Shown: positions 9,967 to 19,140 of the stretch, piece after piece | Numbering within the stretch: the first letter of the stretch is position 1 | Layout: each line of letters starts with the position of its first letter | Source of the DNA: an uncultured archaeon | Lineage (GTDB): Archaea; Asgardarchaeota; Thorarchaeia; Thorarchaeales; Thorarchaeaceae | Assembly: GCA_964473825.1 (NCBI GenBank) | Contig: CAYYQL010000007.1 | Coordinates: 1 to 64,000 of the forward strand | DNA: 64,000 nt | Direction: 5' to 3' | The notes under the pieces: generated by a model | What the model saw: the letters and a program-made list of their open reading frames with translations, nothing else | Told to the model about the DNA's origin: nothing | Database searches by the model: none | Program-made: the position numbers and the translations under genes

Positions 9967-11576
9967 TCACCTCTTGGAGAATCCGAAACAGGAAGATACC
10001 CCTTTTTCAAGACTGTGTCCACCGTTTCATCCGATTCTTCAGGATGGTCCAGGTCGTAGTGCGTGCCTCTGCTCTCCTTTCTCATCCGAGCCATACGGAT
10101 GATGAGTTCGGCAACTGTGGCAAGATTCCTGAGTTCGAGGAGATCCGGGGTTATCTTGAAGTCCCAGTAGAATTGGTTTATCTCCTTGGATAACAGATCG
10201 ATACGATTCCGTGCTCTTATCAGGCGCTTCCGGGAACGAACGATTCCCACGTAGTTCATCATGAGTCTCCTAATCTCGTCCCAGGTATGCGTGACAACAA
10301 TCATCTCATCAGGATCGGTTGCCTCACCGGGATCCCAAGGGGGAATACACTCAGTGCGTATGGGCCTATCCAAGTAGTCCTGAACTGCTTCCGATGCGTA
10401 GTAGGCCATGGCAGCACCTTCAAGAAGAGAGTTTGAGGCCATTCTGTTAGCTCCATGGAATCCTGTGCCAGCCGACTCGCCAATCACAAACAGTCCGTCT
10501 ACATCAGTCCTTCCGGCCTCGTCAGCTTTGACACCACCGCACATGTAGTGAACAGCTGGAACCACAGGAATCGGGTCATTGGTTATGTCGATTCCTGCGC
10601 TCAGGCAGGTCTCGTAAATCATGGGAAAACGGTTTCGTATGAATTCTGCATCCTTAAAGGAGATGTCAAGATGGACAAATTCGGCCCCGGTTCTCTTCAT
10701 CTCATGGTCAATTGTACGAGCCACTATATCACGTGGAGCTAGCTCTGCGTCCGGATGATACTTGGGCATGAATCGTTCGCCGTCAGGACCAAGAAGCACC
10801 GCCCCTTCGCCTCGCAGCGCTTCTGATATGAGAAAAGAACGGATCTTGCCAGCTGGATCGTGGAAGAGTGTGGGATGGAACTGAATGAACTCCATGTTTG
10901 TGATAGTTGCACCAGCTCTGTAGGCCATGGCAATGCCGTCACCGGTTGCATGCTCTGGATTGCTAGTATAAAGGAAAACCTTTCCAGCACCGCCTGTGGC
11001 GAGAATGGTAGCACGAGATCCAAAGCGCTTCACTATTCGCTCCTTTGTATCCAAGACATACGCACCGATAACGGAATTATTATGCTGCACGAGATTAACA
11101 GCCATATGATCCTCGAAGACCGTTATGTTGTCAACATTATTCACGGCATCAATCAGTGCCTGCATGATATCTGCGCCAGTGTGATCCTTAACATGGAGCA
11201 CTCTCCTATGGGAATGACCACCCTCCAGTCCTAGTTCATATTCGTTGCAAGACTCATCCCTGCAGAAATCAACGCCCAGTGATGCCAGTTCCTCGATAGC
11301 CTGTGGACCCATACGCACGATTTTCTCCACTACATCTCTTCGGCAGAGCCCGCTGCCGACTCGTATCGTGTCCTCAATGTGCGAGGCAATAGAGTCCTCA
11401 TCTGAAACAACAGCAGCAATGCCTCCCTGAGCCCATGCGGTGGCGCATTCATGCATCTTCCTCTTTGTGAGCGCTGCCACACTGCCTCGCTTGGCAGCCT
11501 TCAAAGAAAACATCAGGCCGGCAATACCGGTTCCAATGACTAGGAAGTCGGATTCATGGGTCTCTTTGGACATCAT
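9963..11576 (-). CDS. nadB: L-aspartate oxidase
   Basis: VIGTGIAG, WAQGGIA, EGGHSHRRVLH, MEFIQFHPT, LISEALRGEG, ELAPRDIVAR, HYMCGG, HGANRMASNSLLE, RKESRGTHY. Confidence 0.93.
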   Translation of the reverse strand: MMSKETHESDFLVIGTGIAGLMFSLKAAKRGSVAALTKRKMHECATAWAQGGIAAVVSDEDSIASHIEDTIRVGSGLCRRDVVEKIVRMGPQAIEELASLGVDFCRDESCNEYELGLEGGHSHRRVLHVKDHTGADIMQALIDAVNNVDNITVFEDHMAVNLVQHNNSVIGAYVLDTKERIVKRFGSRATILATGGAGKVFLYTSNPEHATGDGIAMAYRAGATITNMEFIQFHPTLFHDPAGKIRSFLISEALRGEGAVLLGPDGERFMPKYHPDAELAPRDIVARTIDHEMKRTGAEFVHLDISFKDAEFIRNRFPMIYETCLSAGIDITNDPIPVVPAVHYMCGGVKADEAGRTDVDGLFVIGESAGTGFHGANRMASNSLLEGAAMAYYASEAVQDYLDRPIRTECIPPWDPGEATDPDEMIVVTHTWDEIRRLMMNYVGIVRSRKRLIRARNRIDLLSKEINQFYWDFKITPDLLELRNLATVAELIIRMARMRKESRGTHYDLDHPEESDETVDTVLKKGYLPVSDSPRGD

Positions 11577-11832
11577 ATGAATAATCACCTGCCACAGAGG
11601 AATTAGCTGCTCGGAGTAGCAGCACCACAAAGGCATTTCCTTCTGCAGTGATAGTCAGACGCTACACTCTGATTGTAAAAGTTGTGGTAGACTGTAGAAG
11701 ACGCTGTATTAGTTCATTCCAGTATAACTTATCAATGGGACGAAATCAGCAGACGTAACTGGTCCTTGCAGCATTGCCACAGTTAATAATCCTCAACAGA
11801 AGCCGGTAAAACGGCAACAGGAGACAGCATCA

Positions 11833-12732
11833 GTGAACATCGAAGGCGTGGTCATCTTCGAGGCGACATCAGGCATCCCTCTGTTTTCCAAACTGAGAAG
11901 CGGGATGGACGAGTCACTCTTTTCGAGTTTCGTTACTGCGGTAAGACACTTCTCGAACGAACTCGCCCTAGGAGGGCTCTGTAGCTTCGCCACTGATGAG
12001 AAGGTGATTTTTCTCTCCCAGAACGACAAGACCGTCACGGCTCTTATCACCACAAAGAGCCCTGAATTCGAAGAGACTCTGGAGCTAGCTCAGGAGATTG
12101 GAAATCAATTTGAACAAAACTACCAGATACCGATTCGACCACAGCCCCTACAGTTTACAGGGTTTGGAACATTCGTTGATGATATACTCAAACGTGTCAG
12201 GAATCCCTTCCTAAATCGAGTGGCACAATTTGCACACAAGGAGTACGGAGGGTCTATATCCCTGAAGACCCGTCTTCTGAAAGACTCAGGAGCCGAGGGG
12301 ATCATTGATGTGCTTGTCAATCATCCGCAGAAATCATCAGAGGATGATGGTCGTGGAGCGTCAGACGAGCTCACAATGAATGCCTATTCTCAGAATTTCA
12401 CCTTTGTGAAGGCGATTGATGATATAGCAACTCGAGGTTCAGTGATCGATTTCATAGACAGTGTTGATAGCTATGGCGTCCGTGTCATGAAGAAGGACAA
12501 ACTGGAGTTCAGACCATATTTCCCCAATCGTGCAGTGGTAGTGGCTCGTGACTACGCAGACGACGTGTGGGACTTTATTGAGAAACTCCCCAAGGAAGAT
12601 GGCACCCCATACATAGATGGAAGCCATGTGTATGCTGGTTTCAAAATCAAAAGAGCGTCAACAGACACGAAATGTAAACTTGAGTTCTGGCGTTGGCACG
12701 ACAATGGTCATCCTGATAGGCTTGTGAGATGA
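11833..12732 (+). CDS. Longin-like domain fused to a Mrr/PD-(D/E)xK-like C-terminal domain
   Basis: N-terminus IEGVVIFEATSGIPLFS...LFSSFVTAVRHFSNE...AQEIGNQFEQNY fits the longin pattern. C-terminus IDVLV...FVKA...VIDF...AVVVARDYADDVWDF resembles a restriction-endonuclease fold. Confidence 0.6.
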   Translation: MNIEGVVIFEATSGIPLFSKLRSGMDESLFSSFVTAVRHFSNELALGGLCSFATDEKVIFLSQNDKTVTALITTKSPEFEETLELAQEIGNQFEQNYQIPIRPQPLQFTGFGTFVDDILKRVRNPFLNRVAQFAHKEYGGSISLKTRLLKDSGAEGIIDVLVNHPQKSSEDDGRGASDELTMNAYSQNFTFVKAIDDIATRGSVIDFIDSVDSYGVRVMKKDKLEFRPYFPNRAVVVARDYADDVWDFIEKLPKEDGTPYIDGSHVYAGFKIKRASTDTKCKLEFWRWHDNGHPDRLVR

Positions 12733-12748
12733 GAAGAGGAATGAACAA

Positions 12749-14377
12749 CTACGGCTCACTCATATAGTCGTACTCTACACTTGCTGGAGGAACGAAGTTC
12801 TCTTTGATTGAACGGGGTGACACCCAACGAATCAGGTTGAACTTGCTACCTGCCTTGTCATTGGTTCCCGACTTCCTTGCTCCTCCAAAAGGTTGCCTAC
12901 CCACCACTGCACCTGTTGGCTTGTCGTTTACGTATGCGTTCCCGGCCGCGTCGCGCAGAATCTCCAGTGCTAGTGAAATTGCCTTCCTGCTACGAGCGAA
13001 CACTGACCCTGTGAGGCCATAAGGAGAGGTCTCGTCACAGAGATGAAGTATCTGTTCATACTGGTCATCGGGATAGATGTAGATCGTCAATATGGGACCG
13101 AAGATTTCCTCTTCCATAAGCTTGGCCTTCGGATCTGTGGTCAGAACAAGAGTCGGCTCCACAAAATACCCCTTGGAGGCATCATGCGATCCTCCCTTGA
13201 TAATCTCCATATCGGCGGATTCTTGAGCATGCTCTATGTAGCTGACGATATTGTCATAGGCTGCCCTGTCTATCACTGCTCCCGTGAAGGTGGTGAAGTC
13301 CTCTGGGTCGCCCATCTTAATCTCATCAAGAGTCTTCTCCAGACCCTTTCGAACTTCTGGCCACAAGGACTCGGGGATATAGGTCCTCGATGCAGCTGAA
13401 CATTTCTGCCCTGAGTATTCAAAAGCGCCTCGAACAAGTGCTGTGACTAATGGTTCAACTTCAGCTGTCTCGTGGACAACTATGAAGTCTTTTCCGCCCG
13501 TTTCCCCGACGAGACGAGGATAGGTACGATAGACATCTATATTCTCACCCACTGTCCGCCACATATGATTGAAGGTGCTGGTCGAGCCTGTGAAGTGAAT
13601 GCCTGCAAGAGAAGGATGGGAGAGAGCATACTTGCCCACTTTCGACCCCGGCCCGAGAATATAGTTGACGACCCCTGGCGGTACGCCGGCTTTCAGCAGT
13701 ACACGCATGATCTGCCAAGTCGGATAGACGGCTGAAGAGGCAGGCTTCCACAGGGACACGTTTCCCATCATGGCCGGCGCGGTTGGAAGATTGCCCATGA
13801 TGCTAATGAAGTTGAATGGAGTCACTGCGAAGATGAACCCCTCGAGCGCTCGATAGTCGATGTAATTCCATTCACCGGGTCCTGAAGTGACCTGATCACG
13901 GTAGATGTCGGTCATGTAGAATGCATTGAAACGAAGAAAATCGACCAGCTCCACAGTATCAATCTCTGCTTGATATACCGTCTTGCTGATGCCTAGCATC
14001 GCCGCAGCATTCAACCTTGCTCGGTATGGACCAGCCATGAGGTTTGCTGCCTTCATGAAGATCGCGGCCCGGTCATACCACGGGGTCGACACCCACTCCT
14101 CTCTCGCTCCAAGAGCGGCCTGTATGGCCTCCTCAACTTCAGTTTCACCAGCATTATGATATTCTGCGAGTATAGTATTGTGATCATGCGGCATGACAGA
14201 CTGCCTTAGGTCATCAGTCTTGACCTCTTTTCCCCCGATAATTAGGGGGATTTCAATCTTCACGCTCTTCAAGGTGGCAAGCTCTTCGCGGAGCCGTTGT
14301 CGTTCAGGACTCCCCGGCAGGTAGTCTTTCACAGGTTCGTTCTTTGGCTGCTCTATGTAGTACTTCGTGCCCGGCAT
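12749..14377 (-). CDS. pruA: 1-pyrroline-5-carboxylate (L-glutamate gamma-semialdehyde) dehydrogenase
   Basis: PKNEPVKDYLPGSPER, VTPFNF, FTGST, GETGGKDF, FEYSGQKCSA, EEIFGP, NDKPTGAVVGRQPFGGARKSGTNDKAG. Confidence 0.93.
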   Translation of the reverse strand: MPGTKYYIEQPKNEPVKDYLPGSPERQRLREELATLKSVKIEIPLIIGGKEVKTDDLRQSVMPHDHNTILAEYHNAGETEVEEAIQAALGAREEWVSTPWYDRAAIFMKAANLMAGPYRARLNAAAMLGISKTVYQAEIDTVELVDFLRFNAFYMTDIYRDQVTSGPGEWNYIDYRALEGFIFAVTPFNFISIMGNLPTAPAMMGNVSLWKPASSAVYPTWQIMRVLLKAGVPPGVVNYILGPGSKVGKYALSHPSLAGIHFTGSTSTFNHMWRTVGENIDVYRTYPRLVGETGGKDFIVVHETAEVEPLVTALVRGAFEYSGQKCSAASRTYIPESLWPEVRKGLEKTLDEIKMGDPEDFTTFTGAVIDRAAYDNIVSYIEHAQESADMEIIKGGSHDASKGYFVEPTLVLTTDPKAKLMEEEIFGPILTIYIYPDDQYEQILHLCDETSPYGLTGSVFARSRKAISLALEILRDAAGNAYVNDKPTGAVVGRQPFGGARKSGTNDKAGSKFNLIRWVSPRSIKENFVPPASVEYDYMSEP

Positions 14378-14658
14378 CTCAATCACTTTAACAATCGTTA
14401 TCAAAAGTTGGTCTATATTCTAGTTAAGTCTTGTCTTTCCGCAACTGAGGACAACAATGCATCTCTTGAGAGGCGACAACCTTTGCCTATAGAACACTCT
14501 CGACATGTTCTTCATTTGGCCCGCGAGGGAGTAATCACGATCATAAGGAGTCAACTGCGAAGAGTCATCATGAATATGCATTAATGCAACTACGCATTAT
14601 GCTCATTTAGCGAGGTTACAGACGCCTAATCAAAAACTGAATAACATAAAACATGGAT

Positions 14659-15249
14659 TTATTTTAGAGATTTTCTCATAACAAGTTTTTGTTCAGTTTC
14701 ATAACACACGGTAAAACCTGTTTTTTCATACAATGCAATTGGTCCCATATAGTCTTCAGCTTCATCAACAAATTTTTTATTTGGGTACGCTTCGACAAAA
14801 TCAAAACTGTCTGTTTTTGCATCTTTGCAAACTTGCTCCAGTAGTAATTTTGCTATGCCTTTTCTTCTCATCTCAGGTGCAACTGCAAAGCAAAATATGG
14901 ACTTGACTTTTATTTCTGGAGAAGATTCTTCAGTATGAACTGAACTCATAAAACTTCGCCAACAGTAACATTTGAAACAATCTGATTTCGTATTGGCATT
15001 ACACCACCCCACAACTTTGTTATCACAATAGGCAAGATACCCTTGAATATTATTTCCTTTGATATAATTAGTAGCTAAATCTCTTCTTTTTTCTACTGAT
15101 GAAAAATCTTTACCCTCAATATCATCGTTGCACCACCAAATACAATAGCATTTATGTTCTTCTTTGTTAGTGGCATGTGGTGTAGTATCAAAAAAGTGCA
15201 AATAATCTGCGGTTAGTTCTGGTGTCAACTTACGAATTTCAACATTCAT
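14659..15249 (-). CDS. GNAT family N-acetyltransferase, low-GC (probably horizontally acquired)
   Basis: CYCIWW, GYLAYCDNKVVGWC, CFAVAPEMRRKGIAKLLL (acetyl-CoA motif), VEAYP, GPIALYEKTGF; AT-rich codons. Confidence 0.88.
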   Translation of the reverse strand: MNVEIRKLTPELTADYLHFFDTTPHATNKEEHKCYCIWWCNDDIEGKDFSSVEKRRDLATNYIKGNNIQGYLAYCDNKVVGWCNANTKSDCFKCYCWRSFMSSVHTEESSPEIKVKSIFCFAVAPEMRRKGIAKLLLEQVCKDAKTDSFDFVEAYPNKKFVDEAEDYMGPIALYEKTGFTVCYETEQKLVMRKSLK

Positions 15250-15351
15250 TCTTAAACCTCCATATACAGACAGATAGATTCCTTCACAAGAATCTTCTGC
15301 CCAAAGAATCCGTTCGAGAATGGTGGTGATAGTTCCATTGTGTTCTGGAAA

Positions 15352-17700
15352 CTATTTGTGGAAGGTTAATACGACATTGTCAGAAAGCGGCACAATCCGT
15401 ATATGAGGGGATATCTTGTTTTCAAAACGGCCAGCTACTCCGCCGCCGTAGACCTTGACCATGGACATAGCTCGGCTAGATGGCACATGTACCTCGATCT
15501 CTTGTGGGAGGTACTCTGTCCTCACATCGATCTGATGTTGATTTGCTGAAATGCCAACCTCAATCTGCACCATGCCTGATTCCAGATTCAAATCCTTGAC
15601 TACTAGAGGTGTAGAAGAGGTATACCATTCATCGGGTACTCCCGGCAGAATCACAAGATCTTGATTATCCTGATATCCAATCATGTCGAGCAGGAGCACC
15701 AGAAGAAGAGAGGATGTGACCGGACTGCACCTCTGCCCGGTAACTCGTAGCGGGCGAGTTGAAACAACAAAATCAGGAAGCATCTGATAGCGAGAGAGGA
15801 TTTGTTGTAGCGCCTCAAGGATTATTTCTACACGATTGCCATCATGCATTCGAGAGTAGTAGTGGGCCAGTTCCAGCGTAGCGGTCACGCCTGCATGACT
15901 GCTGCCATCCACTGATGTTGTCCGTACAAAGCCATCCATAATGTGTAGCGACTCGATGGCGCCCTTCATAATCTCTGAATCGGCCTCTTGAGAACCGAAC
16001 AGGAACGCAGTGCCGAGGAGTGTGAGAGATTCAGCTTCCTCTAGAGGGGCTCCAGCAGTTCGTAATCCATCAGCAGCTTCATCGGCTCTTGCCCTACACT
16101 TGTCGAGCAACTCGGATAGTTCACGGACTTCACCAAGATCTAGGGCATCTGAAACCGCCAAGAGCCGTGTCATAACTGAGGACAAACAAGCGAATTGCAT
16201 GTATTCAGCATAAGTGAAAGCATCTGCCTCAAGACGGCCAGCATCAGAATCTTTCACTGGAGAATCCATTTCGGAATCAGCAGCATCCCGAATCTGATCC
16301 ATCTCAGTCCTAAGACGCTCAACCCAGTCATCGGGCTCTTCTTGGACCTTGTCTACACTAGAGGGCGTTTGGGGGACATCTTCAACATCTTCGGGTAGAG
16401 AAACTGAAGGCTCGGGCTCTTCCGGCTTCAGTAACTCGACAGCCATATCTTGAATCTGAGTCAGTAGGGGTTTGATGTTCATGAGATATTCCTTGTCGTG
16501 ACAGTAAGTGTAGACCAGAAGAGCTATGTTGCAAATCTCAATGATATCATCGGGTTCCAACCTTTCAAGTAGGGGCGCATTTTCTGCGATAGAAATCAAG
16601 TAGTCTCCCGCCCGCTTAGCGGCGCCAATCCTACACATCGCAGCAACACTTCGCGAGAAGTCTCGGGTCTGTCCGGCCGCAATCTCTGCAGAGAGGGACT
16701 CGATGCTCATCGCAACTGCTGCCTTGGCCTGAGCAAAGGCGGCGTCCAGTTCAGGACTCGGAAAACTAGCAGATGTCGTTGTTTCAGAATACTCAAACCA
16801 TCTTTCCACGCTATCATCACGAAGATAGTCACCCATGGTATGGTTAGGATGATTGTGAGTCTTGAGGATCTCCTCCAGAGGGGACACGAAACGAAATCTC
16901 TTCGTTCCAGCAGGGGGTATCTCTTCTTCATATACGAAAACCGCTGTTGCAAGACCTCTTGCCGTCGAATACGACTCATCGCTTCTGTCAGTGAGCTCGC
17001 GTATCTCGCGTTTCAGATTAGGATTATCAGCAGTTGTCATCAGGGATTTTCTTGGAGGCTCCTCCATCTGGAGCGCCAGAATGCCATCAACATACACAAG
17101 TTTCTTCTCAATGGAATACTCAATCGTCTGAATCGGTTCAAATCCCGAAGGGGACATTGGCCGTACGGCAACGTAGAATCGCAGTGTCTTTTTGTCAAGA
17201 GAGATGTTTCGTGCCTCAATCTCGTTGACCAGTACTTCACGACCGCTCTTATCAACCGAATGATAGATGAGCCGTGTGAACTCGATAGGCGCGGTGATAC
17301 GCGACCAAGAAAAGACCTGGTCTTGCGCAGAGAGAAGCTGAAGCTGTGTGTCATCAGCATCAAGCAGTGCAGGAAAGAGAATCTTCCCTTCTTCTTCGAG
17401 CCAAATGTCTATAGATCCACACTCCGGAATCGCCGTGGTGAGACCCGAGCTGTCAGCAAGACCCTGGTGCCCACAATACCTTCCACCTATGGATGCCCGA
17501 TCCCCATCAAGCGGTTGAAGCTGAGCTTCATCATCTCCGTCGAGCAACCTATACTGCTCCAGCTGAACCCATCTGGGACACATCCAATCATCAGCCTGAG
17601 AATATATCTGATGGTTCAGACGATTTCGAAGAACCTCAATGGCTTGGTCCTCTGATAGTGATTCGATGTTGTCCACAGAAACTCTGTGAAGAGAGGCCAT
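15352..17700 (-). CDS. Six-hairpin glycosidase-like protein, divergent, with an acidic insert
   Basis: N-terminal beta-rich region, helical core, C-terminal DLVILPGVPDEW...LVVKDL motif seen after (alpha/alpha)6 barrels; acidic/Pro insert PEEPEPSVSLPEDVEDVPQTPSS. Confidence 0.5.
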   Translation of the reverse strand: MASLHRVSVDNIESLSEDQAIEVLRNRLNHQIYSQADDWMCPRWVQLEQYRLLDGDDEAQLQPLDGDRASIGGRYCGHQGLADSSGLTTAIPECGSIDIWLEEEGKILFPALLDADDTQLQLLSAQDQVFSWSRITAPIEFTRLIYHSVDKSGREVLVNEIEARNISLDKKTLRFYVAVRPMSPSGFEPIQTIEYSIEKKLVYVDGILALQMEEPPRKSLMTTADNPNLKREIRELTDRSDESYSTARGLATAVFVYEEEIPPAGTKRFRFVSPLEEILKTHNHPNHTMGDYLRDDSVERWFEYSETTTSASFPSPELDAAFAQAKAAVAMSIESLSAEIAAGQTRDFSRSVAAMCRIGAAKRAGDYLISIAENAPLLERLEPDDIIEICNIALLVYTYCHDKEYLMNIKPLLTQIQDMAVELLKPEEPEPSVSLPEDVEDVPQTPSSVDKVQEEPDDWVERLRTEMDQIRDAADSEMDSPVKDSDAGRLEADAFTYAEYMQFACLSSVMTRLLAVSDALDLGEVRELSELLDKCRARADEAADGLRTAGAPLEEAESLTLLGTAFLFGSQEADSEIMKGAIESLHIMDGFVRTTSVDGSSHAGVTATLELAHYYSRMHDGNRVEIILEALQQILSRYQMLPDFVVSTRPLRVTGQRCSPVTSSLLLVLLLDMIGYQDNQDLVILPGVPDEWYTSSTPLVVKDLNLESGMVQIEVGISANQHQIDVRTEYLPQEIEVHVPSSRAMSMVKVYGGGVAGRFENKISPHIRIVPLSDNVVLTFHK

Positions 17701-17933
17701 TCGTTTGAAATTACCTAGTCTGTGAGATTCTTCCATGAAACAGCAATTCTCCTTTCCTTCTCTGCCCAAGCATATTTTATTTATCTGTCGGGTGTGTCAA
17801 GTCACGCTCTGATGCACTACACGCTCTGCTAAATCCTTAATAGCAGAGTCTTGATGGTTGTCCAGAAAAAGCACTAACACTCCCAGTTCACAGTAGGGCC
17901 TGAAGGCTTCTATAGAAATCGAGTTGGATATAC

Positions 17934-19136
17934 TTGGCTGAAACTCTGACAAAACCATCAAGACGCATCAGAAACATGATAGCCAAAGAGCTACGCCTTA
18001 TTGTGAAGGATAAGGTCGCCCTATTTCTCATATTTCTCCTGCCTGCCGCCCTGATTGGGATGCTGTATTGGGTCACCAATGAGAGCTCCATGGGAGGAAT
18101 GCAAGCGGGGGGCATCGGTAGCGGCGGGTCAACAGGGGGTACTGGTAATGTAACGGATGATGGGGGAGACATCTTTGAGGGAGTAAACATCAGCCTAGGA
18201 CTCATCGACAAGGACACTACTAGAACCTACGACGGTGTGGATCTGTCCGAGAACTTCACGGCATACTTGGATAACATTGTTTCGGACCTGAGGATATACG
18301 ATAGCACAGAAGAAGCATTCAACGCATTGTACGAAGAGGAGATATCGGGATACGTGGTGATTCCGGATGGATTCGAGGCCAACCTCACCGCGAACGAGCC
18401 AACATATGTTCTGGTTCATATGGATGCAACGAAACCCATAGAGCAGAGTACAGTTATGGGGGTCGTGCAAGGTGCGACAATCGCATTCAGAGCGTCAAAA
18501 CTATGGATACGCTCGGAGGTGTTTCCAACCATCCAGATAGAGTTCGCTCCTGAAGGAGGATACCTGGAGAGCACTTTTGGAGGATTCATCGTTATATTCT
18601 CAAGCTATCTAGGAATAGCCATGACGTCAGCCCAGTCGATAGTGGGTGACGAGCCACTCAGGAGGATGCTTCTAACTCCAACCAACCGTCTCGAAGTCAT
18701 TGTAGCAAAGGTCTTAGCCTACGTTGTAATCGGATTCTTCCAATCCCTCCTGCTGGTATCATTGTGGGTCTTTGTGTTCAATCTGAATCTGAATACGGGG
18801 TTTGAAACACTGCTCATCATCATGAGTCTGAGTTCTCTCACTGGTTCAACGACAGGAATCCTCATCTCCTCCGTGTCTTCAACCCGCCTGCAAGCCAACC
18901 AGATGTTTCTCTTTGTCCTGTTTGGAACACTGATTCTCTCCGGATTCTTCATCGATGTGGGCATCATAGACGAGTTGATGCCATTGAATCAAGGGCTGAA
19001 GATATTGATAGATACAGCATTCAAAGGACTGACATTGGCTGATGTAGCCGACCCCATTCTACGATTGCTGGCTTTTTCAGTTGGAACAATACTGCTGGCG
19101 ACGTTCATATTCTCAAAGAAACCGACACTAGGATAG
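17934..19136 (+). CDS. ABC-2 type exporter permease with extracellular domain
   Basis: KELRLIVKDK + TM1, extracellular loop (Gly-rich, GYVVIPDGF), LRRMLLTPTNRLEVIVAKVLAY, five further TM helices. Confidence 0.88.
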   Translation: MAETLTKPSRRIRNMIAKELRLIVKDKVALFLIFLLPAALIGMLYWVTNESSMGGMQAGGIGSGGSTGGTGNVTDDGGDIFEGVNISLGLIDKDTTRTYDGVDLSENFTAYLDNIVSDLRIYDSTEEAFNALYEEEISGYVVIPDGFEANLTANEPTYVLVHMDATKPIEQSTVMGVVQGATIAFRASKLWIRSEVFPTIQIEFAPEGGYLESTFGGFIVIFSSYLGIAMTSAQSIVGDEPLRRMLLTPTNRLEVIVAKVLAYVVIGFFQSLLLVSLWVFVFNLNLNTGFETLLIIMSLSSLTGSTTGILISSVSSTRLQANQMFLFVLFGTLILSGFFIDVGIIDELMPLNQGLKILIDTAFKGLTLADVADPILRLLAFSVGTILLATFIFSKKPTLG

Positions 19137-19140
19137 ATAG

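Noticed and set aside
14580-14660. Integron attC site after the low-GC GNAT gene
   Set aside because: No convincing RYYYAAC...GTTRRRY inverted-repeat structure and no integrase in the window.
16840-17655. 271-aa plus-strand ORF
   Set aside because: Antisense shadow of the glycosidase-like gene with atypical composition.
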